Below the pieces are notes generated by a model, which ran no database searches, was not told the origin of the DNA, and worked only from the letters and a program-made list of their open reading frames with translations. 64,000 bases of DNA from Bugula neritina (taxonomy: Eukaryota > Animalia > Bryozoa): NCBI GenBank assembly GCA_964035545.1, contig OZ037771.1, forward strand, positions 6,853,190 to 6,917,189, written 5' to 3'. Below, piece by piece: positions 46,301 to 60,486 of the stretch (positions are counted from its first letter, which is position 1; every line of letters begins with the position of its first letter). Made by a program: the position numbers and the translations under genes.

Positions 46301-49264
46301 GCTAACTGTTCCCCAGCCTTTGTGTTTGTTTTCTATACAGGGAGATACTTCATTATTCTCGTTTAAATCAAGAGCTTAATTCTATTTTCACTCTCAATTT
46401 AGTCAAATTGTTTATGCTTATGCAGTAAGATAGTTTTTCCCTCTATCATTCTATTACGTAAAGTTTGCATTTTTCTCCACCCAGATTGTGGGGCTGAGTA
46501 CTAATATCAACTTTATGTTGAGTTTAGCCCAGCACCCGGAGTTTCAGCTGGGAAATGTTCACACAGAATTCATACCTCAGCATTATGACACTCTCTTTCC
46601 TCACAGGTGAGTTATTCTTCCTTTCAACTGATGTTATGTTGCTGGCAAAAGTCTTCATATATTCTATTAATTTATTTGTGTTCTTTATGATGGACAATTT
46701 TAGTTATAAAATATTTTAGCTCCGCGTATGCTGCATCTATTAATTTTTATCTTCTATCTTTGATCTTGATATTGTAAAACACTGCTTGTGTACTTTACCA
46801 ATAATATTCCAAGTCAAATGTGTGTTTACAAGTTTTATTTTGTTTTATCTCATCGATAAATTTAATAAAAAATTAGAGAATATGGGATCCATTAATGCTC
46901 CAATAGCAAAGCTAGTGAAGGCGAAGGCCCAAAGTGGTCAGCAACTAATCAGTTAACTCACATCTTCTCCACCAAGAAGGCTACACCTTACACATGTTCC
47001 GAATGCAAAGGGATCGGACTTTTTAGATCAGGGTTTAGCCTATTCCATAGTAAAGACTTACGATACCATCATAGTATGCTGTAGCTGTTGGTCATGTGAT
47101 TACAGGGAGGTATCACATGACCAGCTGTGTCTTGCCGTAGTCACTGTGATGTCACACAGACTGAACTGTCGCACTCATGCTGACGCTGCTTTCACCTCTC
47201 TGAACTCACTGAGAATTAATCATGAGAAACAGGAAGTGATGAAATTCAAACACGGTGACAACGGTGGGTTGTTGAGACGGGGGGATTTTCTGAGTGTCTA
47301 TTTCTCTGAGTAAACAGTACTTCAAACCTTTAAATTTTTTATTCAATTATCATATTATTTGTAATAGTTTAATATCTTGCACCCCTGCTTTGGGGCCCCT
47401 ATTATATAACATTATTATATTATTAATCCGTTTTTCTTATTATATCAACATTTTCTCATGTGATGGTCTTTCAGCGTTTTTTATGATTAGTTGGCAATAC
47501 TAACATTTCAGTTTAATATCTTGTACCTCAGCTTTATGGTTCACATTACCCAGTGTTTTCTATTATATCCAAATAAGTTCTAGTTATGCATATGTTATGG
47601 TCTTTCAGCATTCAGTTACATATTCGTCAAGTTTGCATGTATTTGTTACTGTTGTCTGGCAATACTCCTTCTAGTCTGAGTAACTACTCTCCTCTGTACT
47701 TCCCATTTCAGTTATTACCTGCACTGTTACATCACATCCTGACGGCACACTTACCGTGACCTCTGGTGAACAGAGCTCCAAGTTGAAGGGTAGCGTAATT
47801 GCTGCCGATCCTGAAGGACAGCGTACGACAGCAGTGGCCGAAATGGAAGAGCAGATCATCAAATGTGACAGTCTCTATGCTGACAACACTGTTCATTTGT
47901 TCACCGAGGTGAGTTGAGAGTTGTCCTCCCCCACTGGGATATGTGACTGTGTGTAGCTGCTGTACAAAACTGTATATACGCAGCAGACTCTGTATAGTTC
48001 CTAGCCATGTAGTCACTCTGTCTAAACCTCACACATGATTACTTCATTTAATATCAACACATTCTGACTGTAATATGTGCAAAGACAACTTTGTAGGTAA
48101 AATATTTCACTGTAGTTAGTCAAATATGACCAAGTGCGTTGCATTAATTCTGATCAGCTCTAAATATACAAAATTTTATAAGCAATTCAGTAATTTCAAG
48201 CCAATTTATAATATTTTACTTGAAATTAAAGAACATTTGGCTATTATTTTCTTTCCTTTGTATACGATTTTAAATTGGCTGGTGGTTAGTTGTAAACTCC
48301 CATGTTAGGAGTAGTCTTCTCTGTGGTGTAGAATGGTCTTCTGAAACTAGAAGTTCCTCCACCTGACTATGAGACATCCGAGAGTGCTGCCACTGCCAGG
48401 GCTGATTCTGTGGCTCCGATGCCGGGTGTTATCGACAAGATATTCGTGCAGCCAGGTGACAAAGTAGAGGAGGGTCAGCAACTCATTGTGATGATAGCCA
48501 TGAAGATGGAGGTGAGTGAGATATGCTATTCACTAGTCACCTTGTTCTTACTCTGTTACCTTGTTCTTACTCTGTTACCTTGTTCTTACTCTGTCACCTT
48601 GTTCTTACTCTGTTACCTTGTTCTTACTCTGTTACCTTGTTCTTACTCTGTTACCTTGTTCTTGCTATGTTACCTTGTTCTTACTTTGATTTTCTCTTAA
48701 TTTGTAAGATAAAATCAAATTATTGCCAGGTATATTTATTTCCTAAATATATTCACCTGTGTGCAATTCACAGTGTTTTTGCTGTAGCATTTTTGGATAT
48801 TTTTCCTATTTAACTGGCTGTTTGGTTTATGATTCATGAATAATGTATCAATTCTCAATTTTAACTATTAGCATACCAACTTAGTCACAATGCTGCCTGC
48901 CTTATAGTTTAAACCAGTTATCAGTCAGTGGTTTGTACAGCAGCTGACAACTTTAAGAATAACTATATTTTGTAATTTTATCAAAGTATAATTAAATCAA
49001 AATTTATTCAATTACAATTTTAAAAGACACTTAATATTAATACAAATTAGTAAAAATTAATAACAATATAGGTTGTGTTTGTTATTTTTACTGTAGCCAG
49101 GTATCACAGGTACACTAAACCTAGCACGACATGATTCTATAATATTTCAGTATATAATCCGGGCACCTCGTGCTGGAGTCGTAGATACAGTGCCCTATAC
49201 AGTCGGTACAACTGTACCTAAAGGAGCTAGGCTGGTTCACCTTCAGGAAGAAGCTGACAAATAG
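40341..49264 (+). CDS. MCCC1: Methylcrotonoyl-CoA carboxylase alpha (biotin-containing) subunit, mitochondrial, 715 aa
   Basis: 15 phase-consistent exons: 40341-40417, 41478-41536, 41731-41867, 42382-42559, 42751-42938, 43563-43694, 44140-44323, 44807-44911, 45235-45440, 46171-46281, 46485-46606, 47106-47263, 47712-47908, 48332-48511, 49151-49264. Basic transit peptide [20 protein letters not shown]; [88 protein letters not shown] and biotinylation motif [14 protein letters not shown] and AVRGGGG favour MCCC1 over PCCA. Confidence 0.95.
48535..48685. repeat. 20-bp minisatellite (TCTTACTCTGTTACCTTGTT), about 7 copies
   Basis: Directly visible just after the donor of the MCCC1 AMKME exon; source of the [15 protein letters not shown] ORFs. 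Confidence 0.92.
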
Positions 49265-51297
49265 ATGTACTTACATGTTTAGTAAGTATCTACCTGCTGA
49301 CAGAATATGTTTAGAACATAGCTATATGTTGGCTATATTTATCTTGTATATGTGGCATGGATGCCATTATTGATGTTTCTGATTATCCGTTGTCTGTAAA
49401 CTCTGTATTTATAATGTATATAATAGATACTTCTTTGACCATATTTCCACTCCTGTTTATGGGCAGTAAACAACATTTACTAATATATTGTTTTCTAATG
49501 TTCCCAGTAAGGCTGTTGCTGAAGAATAAAATGTGTTGTTTGTGTTTAATAACTTTGTATTCATAAGGAGTTATGGTAGTCTGTGATTATTAAAAACTGG
49601 CTATATCTTAAGAACTAGATAAGGTGCGTACTGCAATCTTATCTTCTTTGGATTTCTGGAAAATAATGGATTTTAGTATATTTTTGTGTTGTAGAAGAGA
49701 AGCATGACATTACAAATAAACATGAGTCAGTTATTTACACTTTTCAAGGTTCAAGTTCAAGGTCAACTGACAATATTCTTCTCCTTTGGTCACCGCAGTG
49801 GAATTTAGACCTCTCTGGCAATATAACCATTTGGTTACAAGTCTAACAAAACTGTGTGTTTCTTATTTATTCGGATACAGTGAATGTCAAGTTCATGACC
49901 GTAGTTTGAAAATTACTTGTATTTTATATAGTAGATACTGAAGCCAAATGGTGTTGGTTGTTGGATGTATAAAAGAATTATTTTCTAATGTATTTATTCT
50001 TCCTTTTGTTTCCACCCTGATGTCTCTATCATATATACTTAATATTTTGTGCCTCAATGCTGTGTGTATTGTAAAGAATTATGTGTGCTATGTACCAGTA
50101 TGTAGATGTTGCATAATAATAAATATTATATTGAAATAGGAATTTATCATATGTTGTCATTTAGCAGTTCGCTGTTGTTACCCTCTAAAATGTAGATAGC
50201 AGCTATACTTAACTGAAACTTCAGGTTAATTATATTGTGTTTATTAGAAACTTGTAATGATGTCATATATTTACACATTCAATTATACTTTTTCTAGTAA
50301 AATGGTTTCTAATATGATTACCCGGCTAGCAGTTTATACCAACAGTATGCAGAGAGTAGACAACTCTAGATAAAAGCAACTTGTAAAGAATGTAGGATAT
50401 GATGTAGGCCGGAATTGTGTGGCTGTGGATACTATGATCTGTTCAACTAGATTGTTTAGAGTAGAGACAGGGAAATGCATGTGTTAGAATTAAACATGTC
50501 CTATGTTTGTGCAATAATTGTTTAGGGATTTTTTATGAGCAGTAAACTGCTTTTTAAATATACACGCATATAACAGCTTGCATAGCAAATTCAGTATATA
50601 AATAATTATATGCCAGTTTATTAAACTTTATTTGATAAGATCTTTTAAACTGAAAAACTCACAAGGTAGAAATTTTATTCATTTCAAATTGTTTTTGTAG
50701 CAACTCATATAATCATACTCTGTAATTATTCATTCCTTTGTAAGCTTGTAAGCTACTAAATGATGACCAATAATAACTAAGTGAATGAATGATTGAGAGA
50801 ATAAAAAAAATTAAAATTTCTTTCATATAGAAGAAATTTCAAACAATTAGAGTAGGTTATATATGAAGTTCAATAAAGTAAGCAACAAGGCATACATGTA
50901 TATTTGCATGCTCTGGTCTCTGAGTACTTAAGAGACAAAGAGGATTCCAATAAAATAGTTCCAGAGAATAGGTTATGAGCATCTGTTGACTGAGTAATCC
51001 ATCTACACATCAGGTAGTATAAGCTGTAGTGTTGAATGGTTCACGTAGAAGATTTAGATAATAAACAGAAACATAACGTAAAGTGAATAAATTGAGTAGG
51101 CTTATGTGAAGTGAGAAGACAAGCGAGAATGAACAGAACAAGGGACTAATAGCTATATTGTCAGAGTCTGATATGAAAGATAACAGAATCTAAATATATG
51201 AATAATTTAACAGCTTCTTTGAAGTTTTGAGAAAATATATAATTACATATTGAGCTCTAACCTCATTCATTGTTTTGAACACAGCAACAGAAAAACT

Positions 51298-54200
51298 TTA
51301 AGATTTTATTTCTGCGATTCTGCTGTGTGGCTGGTTCTTGAACTGCTCTAATAGCTCTACAAAATACATAAGTGTTTCTTTTGATTGATGTACTATAGCA
51401 TTATTTATATTCATTTTTATTATATATTATTATTGGCTGTTTCACAATTCAATAGTAAATAACAGCAAGTTTCTTTAAAGTTTTGACTGCCTGATTCTTA
51501 CTAATCTTGTTATAATTCACACCTGTTTATTAAAAACTAGCTACCTAATGCCTTAAGAAGTTTTTCCAGTTTGTTTGACATTCTAAAACACTATAAATGT
51601 GTGGTTTCTAAAGACTGGTTTGCTCTTCAACATATTTAACAATAGCAACTAATAATAAACATTTGGCTGACTTGAGAATACTTACCATTCTGAACTTTAT
51701 TAGACGCTTCAACACACGCTGGGAGTTGTGTCTCCTTGACTGATGAGCTGAGAACGTTGAGAGAAAGAGGGTTGAGTGAGTCTCCACCAGCTTCTAAAGT
51801 TTCTGTTACAAAATGTTGGTTTATAAACCTAATATAATATTTGTTACTAGTTGGTTAATTGTTTGTAATGGGAAAAATGGGTCTTTCCATTATATATTTG
51901 CAATATTAGTTAATATATTGCCATGCAATTAGTATTGCCCATTTTGTGGATGAAAATAGTTGATATATGGCTTAATAAAAATTTACACATGAATCAACAT
52001 TTTTGATTGACGTGTTGTTTTACACATCGTCTGCTTTTAGAATCACATTTATCTCAAATGATATCCTTGAGTGATTTAAATTTTGCTTCTTTGTAGATAT
52101 TTCCTAGCTTTAATATTTACCATCCAAATTGGAAGGTTTTGGAGGTTTTTCATCACCAATTTCTTGATTTGGGTTAATATTTTGTTTCCCAGATTTGTTC
52201 TCTTCATTAACATGGTCTTCTTTTGTTCACCATATTGTGGTACGCACTCCTTTCTCATTCCATCTATTGAATTAATGTCATTTTAACTTATACTTTTTTA
52301 TATAAAAGGGCATAATTATATACAAGATTTGGTGAAATACTGATGATGTGACTGAATATAAGTTATTAGTGTGCTTATAGAACTCATTCATTCACTTTCT
52401 TTCACAGAGACTATGTTTTCATTAAACTGTTAAACCGTTCAAGCAATAAAGTACATCATTTAGGAATTAACAATTTGATATTTGACTAAGAGACTATATT
52501 GAAAAAGTAAAAGTTTTGCAAGATATTTACTAGCAGCTGAAGTTTGTTGCCTTCTCTACAAATATGTGTAAAAGAAACAATTTATATTTAAAAATTTAGC
52601 TGAATATAAAATATTACTTTAATAGCTTTCATTTTCTTATAAGAATAAATATTAACATGTTTTCTTACCAGGTGAAATTTGAGGTTTAGTGGAAGCTTTT
52701 TGATTGGCCTTTTGCTTTTTTAAGGATACTTCACTGCTTTGTTCAACAGCCTTTTTGATAATATCATCAGCTTCTGTCTTTTTGACGCCCAACTCCTTAA
52801 GATCCCTTTTGAGAGAAGCTATATCCTTCTTCAACTCATCTATTGAAATAACAATAATTTAATCCAAAACAAAATTTTTTACAATAAATGCAAAAGTGTT
52901 AATTTTACTTTGCAAAATTTATATGCTGTTCAAACAAAAAGAATGGATATTTTACCATCACAATCAATGATTTCTTTGTTCATAATTTCTTTAGAAAAAA
53001 GTGGCAAGGATGTCAATTCCATTTCATCCACTGAAGTGAATGTCTTGTGCATTTGCTTCTCCAATTGTCTGGGTGCAGTATTTTGTTGTGACGATGTGTT
53101 CATTCTATTTTCATGGAGATTGTCTTCTCTCTTTGTTCAAACCTTTCATTTGGCTTCTGGATAAATTTGTGGTGGGTTTGAGTTTTTTTGCAGAGCTCAG
53201 CATCAGTATTTGCTGTAATATCGCAATGCAACTTTTTTTGTTTGGAGACAAGTTTGTGTTAAGAATAGTAGAACAAAGCAACATCATATATTTACAGTTT
53301 ATAGACAATCTAATAAACTAAAAAAATGAATCTAGATAAAAAATAAGCTGAAACAGAATAAGTGAGTAATTATTTGAACTTACACATAATTAATTCTGAA
53401 CGAAAGTGAAGCTTGTGACTTTTCGGGCGAGCTTCAGTACCTTCGAATTTGTTCAGGAAGTCCCCCCAACTGTATTGGCTCTGTAACTGGAGAATTGCAA
53501 ATAGGAGCTGCTCTATTAAGTTGACTTCTGTAAGCCCTTAGCATTAGCTGATCCAATGGAAGAGGAGAAGCTGCTGTTCTGGAGGCAGACTTCCCATGCC
53601 AGCAGGCACCCGGCATAACCACATTCATTCCATGTCCAGCTTTTAGTTTTGCCATTTTTGGCACATATTGCTGTATTGACATGCATGAGTGGTCTTACAG
53701 GAACCTAATTCTCTATGCACCTGATTTTCACTGGTTTTACAACAGCTGTTGCATTGTTAGGTATGATGTTGCAAGAATGTAAAGGGCCATAAGTTGAAAG
53801 AATCTCTGCTTTCCTTAAGCCTTTCTCATTTTTGTCTTTGCTGTAACCAAACATTCAATAAGCACACACTATAGTATTCAAGAACAATTTATGTTGCATT
53901 AAACTGTACAATAATAATTGATCTACACATTGAGTGTTATAATATTATTATAACACTCAATGTGTAGATCAATGTCTTAAACATCCAATTTATTATTTAA
54001 AACTACCAGCATCTCAATGTTATTGAATTCACAGGAAATATATCTGTATAAAACTTCTTCTTACCTCTGAATCGTGCATTGACTGCTCACAGCTCTATTT
54101 TTTAACTGGAAACATTCTTTGAGAACGAGACTAAGTACAATGCAATCATAGAAAATCACTTCCCACTTGCTGTAACAAATAATTTCCGTACTTGAAGTAA

Positions 54201-54361
54201 ATCTTTTCCTAATTTAAATGCAGCAAAATTTTAACGAATCGAAGCAGAACATTATACGCATAAAAGTGTCAGATGATGAAGATAACAGAGAATTACAATA
54301 AATATTAATATAACATCTTCATTGAAAAAAAAATTACTTACTGATACAACTTAGTTGCCAT
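51298..54361 (-). pseudogene. Multi-exon, frame-disrupted orphan gene (pseudogene, spliced lncRNA or assembly indels)
   Basis: Splice-bounded exon-like blocks 54361-54342, 54130-54065, 53840-53441 (or split), 53212-52956, 52839-52669, 52263-52121, 51802-51686, 51356-51298. Several are open and phase-compatible (e.g. ELKKDIASLKRDLKELGVKK), but there is an in-frame TAG near 53706 and apparent frameshifts in 53212-52956 and 52263-52121. No recognised domain. Confidence 0.45.
53917..53973. repeat. Perfect palindrome: 28-bp arms with a 1-nt spacer
   Basis: ATTGATCTACACATTGAGTGTTATAATA-T-TATTATAACACTCAATGTGTAGATCAAT. Confidence 0.95.
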
Positions 54362-56039
54362 GAGAGTGGATGCCAGCAGGATAATTAGAGAAACCAGTAA
54401 AAGCGAGAACATATTGATATTGAAATTTATAGAGTGAACAGTTGCATAAAAAATTTACAGTTTGTAGCAGCAATAATTAAACTGTCAACCAGTAAACTCA
54501 ATAAACATGCAATTAAGAGATCATTGTGTCACTCATTATGTCATTCTTTATTGTTGAACATTTTTTGAATATTTTGTTTTACTTATTTAATAATCTAATT
54601 AGATAATTGTAATAATTGTTTGTTTTGTTGTGACTTTTTTGTATTTTCATAACTAATTGTGATAAATTGTAGGCGCTTATATAATGATGTGGACTATTTA
54701 CTGGTTTATTAGGTTGAATGAATTACATCATATAAAACACAGTATTTATGTTGATACAGTAAGTGGGAGGAGCTTAATCATAACATAAGCAACATCATAT
54801 TATGCCATCTCTCGTTCTTTAATAAAAAAGATAATAATTTGTGATATCAGCTAAATGTTTAAGGCAGAAATTTTCTGCATTCTAGTTGTTTAGCTGTGTA
54901 ACAGGCTGTCATTTATTCAAATTTGTTTGAAAATCTAGGATATAAACGAAGTTGTCCACCCCTTTTATCAAACATATCAACAATAATCTGCAATAAATAA
55001 TAAAAACAATTGAGTAATAATGCTCAGGTGCCCAGAAACCGACAGAGTCATTAGTAAATGGTGGAAACACTTACTAATTCTGATACTTACATAGTTTGCT
55101 GGTTCTGCTATCAAAATATAAGTAAGTTTCACCAAATACTAAAGTTGAGCAATCAGCCATATAATATAATAATTATAATGTGGTCTTTTGGTTTATCAAC
55201 ACAGTTGAGAGGTCTGTCATTTATAAGACTTTTACTCTCTTTTGTATATTATGTTGCGTCACTTTCAAATTTGAAGGTGTATTAATTATTTCAACATAAA
55301 TTTGTACAATAGGATATTACATTCCTTCTAATTCTACCAATCTAAGACACCATATACGTACGTACATAGTACCGCATCCAGGTTCACGTAGGAATTGACA
55401 TTTCTTGAGCATTTAAATATTATCTCATTTATACTTTGAAAAAGAATCTCTTACAATTCATTAATGTATCATATTCCATGCATTCATGCAAGTTGAAATA
55501 TTAAAAATGTATTTTATGCTCAGTATCCCAAGTTTGAATCATATTATACATGTGAATTTTTGAAATTTATTAATCACCCTTTGCAAATTCTTAAGTAATA
55601 AAAAAGTCAAAATATTATGCATTTGTGATACATAAGCCCACTATAGCTAAAAATAAAATACCATTATGATTTATTTATGTAGCTCAATTACTTAGAGTTA
55701 GTAGCCCAGTGATCTATTATGATCTTAACCTTTTGGAGTTGCCTGCTTGAGAAAGATAACGTATTTAGCCTCGTCCTTATCTTGCAAAGACATTTTCTTC
55801 AATCGATGACGGCCCAATCTACGTTTAGGTTTTTGGCTATAATATGTCAGTATCCGCCATTCAGCAAACATTTGCAACAGTTCTTCATTAATCATTATGA
55901 TTACAATTTATGATTCTACGTTGATATTCTGTTACTAGTGCCATCACTATGCCTATTAAAATGTTAATCATTATTGCAATTGACGTATCATTTTAAACCT
56001 AATGATTATCATAATGTTATACTAAAAAGTTCATCTAAA

Positions 56040-56970
56040 AATGAGTAAAACTGAAATTAAAATGAAAATGATTTGTCATTTTGTGATTTTGTCATTTGCA
56101 ATTGCATAAATGCATGCTCATACTAAAACTAAAAGTAAAAATAAAACTAGAAGTAAGTCACTAAAAGTCAATGACTAAAAGCAAATGTTAAAGTAAAGCT
56201 GTGTTAATAATACTAATAGTGATAGGTCATAGGAATACTAACTCTAAGTCTAATAGTAATTATACTAATAGTAATAGAGTAATACTATTACTAATACTAT
56301 TACTAATAGTAATTGTAGAAGTAAAGCTTAAACTAAATAATAATATAATTACATTAATTTATTTTTATTATAATTAAATTTAATAAATTATAATAAAATA
56401 TAAATATAATAAATAATTACTCATAGTAACTACTACTAGTACTAGTCACTAGACTAGTGTAACACTAGTTGTAAGACTAAGTGTTGCTCCAAAACAGAAT
56501 TATAACATTCATTTATAATTAATAATATCAATATATAATATATAATAATATTGTAATTGAATATAAATATACAACTTATAAGCTTATAGTTATAGTTATA
56601 CTTATAGTATAACTAACTCTTACTGTAGATTAGCGGTGTACATGTAATACACTAAAAGTAAATATTTAATACTAATAGTGATAGGCAATAGACATAGCTA
56701 TACAGCATTACAATAGTACTGCTACCAATATAACTTGTAGTTATACTAGTAACACTACTACACTATGACTATCACTATGAGAAGTAGGTGCAGTAATAAA
56801 AAATTGAGAAAAGCTTGTGTTTCAGATTACTATGACTAGTAATAGTAGTACCAGTAGCTACACTTGTTGTTAATGTTAATCATTATGACAATCACTTCAT
56901 CATTATTATAATGATAATCATAATGTAAATGTTATAGTTATACTGATAGTTATTCTATTATTATAGCTAT
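56040..56970. repeat. Degenerate low-complexity tract (TAA/TAG/ACT-based)
   Basis: Recurring ACTAAAAGT, TAATAGTAAT, ACTAGT and TTATAG motifs; boundaries approximate. Confidence 0.6.
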
Positions 56971-56992
56971 ATTCACTTTCAACCTTATAGAG

Positions 56993-57334
56993 CAGGTGTG
57001 TCCAACCTTTTCGAAGCCAGGGCCACTGGAAGAGAACATCCCGATGGCGAGGGCCACATTGTAAACTTTAGCTGGGGCTGGGGGGCCACAGCATCTGTAT
57101 TTTCAATTAATTTATCCTAAATTCTTATGAATAATTACACAATAAAGTCTAAGTAGTTAGAACAGGCTGCTTGTTTTGTAGCATTTGTATAAATAAGACA
57201 TTTAAAAGGTGGTTTTCCCTTCTAATTCATATAAAGTGTAAAAATAGTTTAATGTGTTATGTCAAAATTAGAGGGCAACACAAATGTAGGCTGGATCCAC
57301 ATCCGGTCCTGGGGCCGCTTGTTGGATGGCCCTG
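56993..57334. mobile_element. hAT (Charlie-like) MITE, 342 bp, with 8-bp TSD
   Basis: Termini CAGGTGTGTCCAAC...GTTGGATGGCCCTG, subterminal GGGCCAC/GGGCCGC motifs, identical TSD TTATAGAG at 56985-56992 and 57335-57342. Confidence 0.85.
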
Positions 57335-57983
57335 TTATAGAGTTATAGTTTAAAGTTTATTAGTGTATACTTGATGGTTATGTTAATAAGTTATGGTGAT
57401 TAAAGTAGGTCCAGGCTAGTGTCCTTTCTGTCACTTGGTCTGTTCTTTGCTTAGTTCAACAGCCGAATACTAATGTTCAGTCTCGGTTTAATAGTACTTC
57501 TCACTATATTGCAACAACTTAGAAAGCCTGCATGGCTACAGCAAGTAGCTCTAATCGCACGATGTAAGACTAGTATTATTATAAATTAGACTCGAGTTTT
57601 TATTACTTAAATTACCTGTTATGGTTTGCTGAGTTCAACCCCAAATCAATTTGAGTCTATGTCATAATTTTTCAAAGTTTGTGGTGAGTAAAGTACAGAG
57701 GCGATTTGTTGAACAATATAAAATAAAATTTCTCTTTGTATTTCTAATTTTTAAAGCAGTTTTATCATAAATATTCAGTATGCGTTGTTAAAACATCAAG
57801 TTGAGAATTTATACAACCAAGCACTGAATGTGCGGATATTAAATTTCCACTACCTTGACAGTCAGTGTTTGGGCAGGCCACTAATGAGAAACTTACTTTT
57901 GATTGTTACTAAAGCGGATGCAGCCAAGAACTTAACTTGTGGTTATAATTGTTTTATAGGCTATACTTCCACTCCTTGTGAAT

Positions 57984-60433
57984 ATGACAACAAGTTATCA
58001 AGATAAGCCAATACCAGTACAAGCATGGCTACAGTCGCTCTCTCTCACTTCATATCTTCCATTCTTCTTCAAATACTCTGATGTCCGGGTATGTTTAGCC
58101 ATTAAATCTATTGGACTTTGTCATACATTTTTGTACTGTAGTAAAATTGTATATACACCTACCTGCATGTAATGCTAAATCTACATAGAAATATGAAACA
58201 TAACTAAATGGCTATATGTAGTTTAAACTGGGCAAGAATTTCTCTCCAAAATTTTTACTTGTAACCAATGGCGGGTTTTTATATTTGTTTAATGGTATAA
58301 AACAATAATATTTATTTTATTTATTTGCCTGGTAACCAACGCTAGTCTTTTGAATCAAGACTGCAGATGTAGTCTGACAAAATTCATAGTTTGTTTTTAA
58401 TGTCTATCATAAATACTGTTAGTAACTATTGGACATATTCACTACCAGATAATAAATATTAGAGTATTGTAATAAGATTGACTATAGATAATGTGTTTTA
58501 TGACTATGACGGAAACTCTGTTGTGGAATTTTGTGGTCGACTCTAAACAAGTAGCATATGTATTGGTTGGTAGGTGAAGTTATTTAGCTCCGTGACTATA
58601 TATAATACAATACCTATTACCTGGTTGTGATATCTCAAGTATTAAAGGAAGTAATTTTGAACCACTGCTACGAAATACTAGATAAATGCTATCTTGTTTG
58701 TTTGGTCACTGTGTGAAATTTGCAACAGTATTCAACTATCAACTTTTCAACTACAAAGATAAACAATTCTGGGTGAGAGGCACGTTGCTAGCTTCCCACA
58801 ACTTATTGCATTATTTTACTTTTGCTTGAGTAGTTTTTTCACGTGCATTATGGTTCACTCTGTCTACGGCTGAAGCTATTTTTACCCTTTTTACGAGTTC
58901 TCAAAAGATTATCGAAACTCAATTACTAGAATGTTCCTTTATGATATAAATATACTGGAAGTTCTGTGCTGTGTTCTAGACATTATATTATACTACGGTC
59001 TGATCTATTCTCTCTCTCTCTAGGAGCTGTTTAATATCACAGATGATGAGGTACTAGCTCTTGGCATTCAGAATGTCGCTGACCGACAGCAGATTATCAC
59101 ATCACTCAAGTTATTGGCAGCTAAACTTCAATCAAACAGCGCAGGTGATCATGTTGACCGTGTTGTCCGTTGGTTGCCATGACTATGCGACCTTGACATT
59201 GGCAGTATTGCCACCATTGATCAACATTTTTTGCACTTTTATCAAAATAATTATCTGAAATTTTCTACCATATTTTCAAGCGTAAGTTTGAATATCGCGT
59301 AAGACATGTATATAATATGCAGAAGGACGTCCCTGTACTCCACCGAATTCTTCTGATGCTACGAAACTTGCAGACGAATTAAGGTTACTTCCTGATCTGC
59401 GTGGCGTTGCCTGGTTTCATGGAAAGATCAGCAGAGAGGAAGCAGAGCGGTTGGTGGCCCACCCGGAAGAGTTCCTAGTCAGGGAGTCAATCTCTCAGTC
59501 AGGTGGGGCTTCTAACTACCTTCACCTACTTGTAATGTATATCTCAGACTATGTGTCATGTGAGGTTGTATCACACTGAGGTATGCACATACATACTTGG
59601 CACGGGTTACTGTGTTGTGAGGACACTGTGCCAACATAGTGATGTCATATTTATCAGTCTATATACTTCCTGTTATGTTATATTAGTTCCACTTGGTGTT
59701 GGAAACACAGCATATGTCTAATACTCACCTGATGACAGTTTACATCTGAAACTAATTATATATACAGTATACACACAGAATAGCAGTTTAAATAGTACTA
59801 GTGCTAGCTGAATTTTGTAGCTTAGAACTAGGAGTCGTCTGACTATGAAGTAAGGTTATCATATCAATAAATAAAAATTCTACCCTTTTACATCTGATAT
59901 GAAACTAAGTAGTTTAGTGTTACTGTTGTGATCACTATTACAAGTAATACCTACAATAATAAGACTGTTTATATGATAGTAATAGATTATTATGTTTCTA
60001 TACTTGTAATATAATGTGTTTATATACTAGCATTATATTGTGTTTATATAATGATAAAATAGTAATATGGTAATATATTTATTTATATAATAATAATATA
60101 GTAATAAGTTAATATAATCCGTTCTCCTCCCAGGATCATATGTGCTAACTTGCAATCACCAAGGTCAGGCCCGACACTTTGTAATAAATAAGTTCGTAGA
60201 GCCCGGAGTCAGAGGGACAATCAAGGCAGTGGAATTTGGTTTTGAAAGTCAGAGATACATTTCAGTTCAAGCCTTGATACTTGCTCATGTAGCTGATGGG
60301 TAGGTGCATGTATAGACTGCTATGCTGACAATATGAGGGTAGTGGTAGTGGTACTAGTAGTGGTAGTGGTAGTAGTAGTGGTAGTAGTAGTGGTAGTAGT
60401 AGCGGCAGTAGTAATAGTAGTAGTACTAGTAGC

Positions 60434-60486
<53 letters not shown>

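Noticed and set aside
48523-48813. Repetitive hydrophobic ORF, or a CRISPR-like array
   Set aside because: A head-to-tail 20-bp minisatellite with no spacers, in a eukaryotic intron.
52956-53212. Possible selenoprotein exon: the phase-consistent frame contains four stops, all TGA (KY*C*AL...)
   Set aside because: Each TGA arises from NNT-GAN codon junctions of an alternative open frame (ACT GAT GCT GAG, AAT GAA, TTT GAA), the usual signature of off-frame reading. No SECIS was recognised by eye. A SECISearch hit downstream of 51298 would reopen the question.
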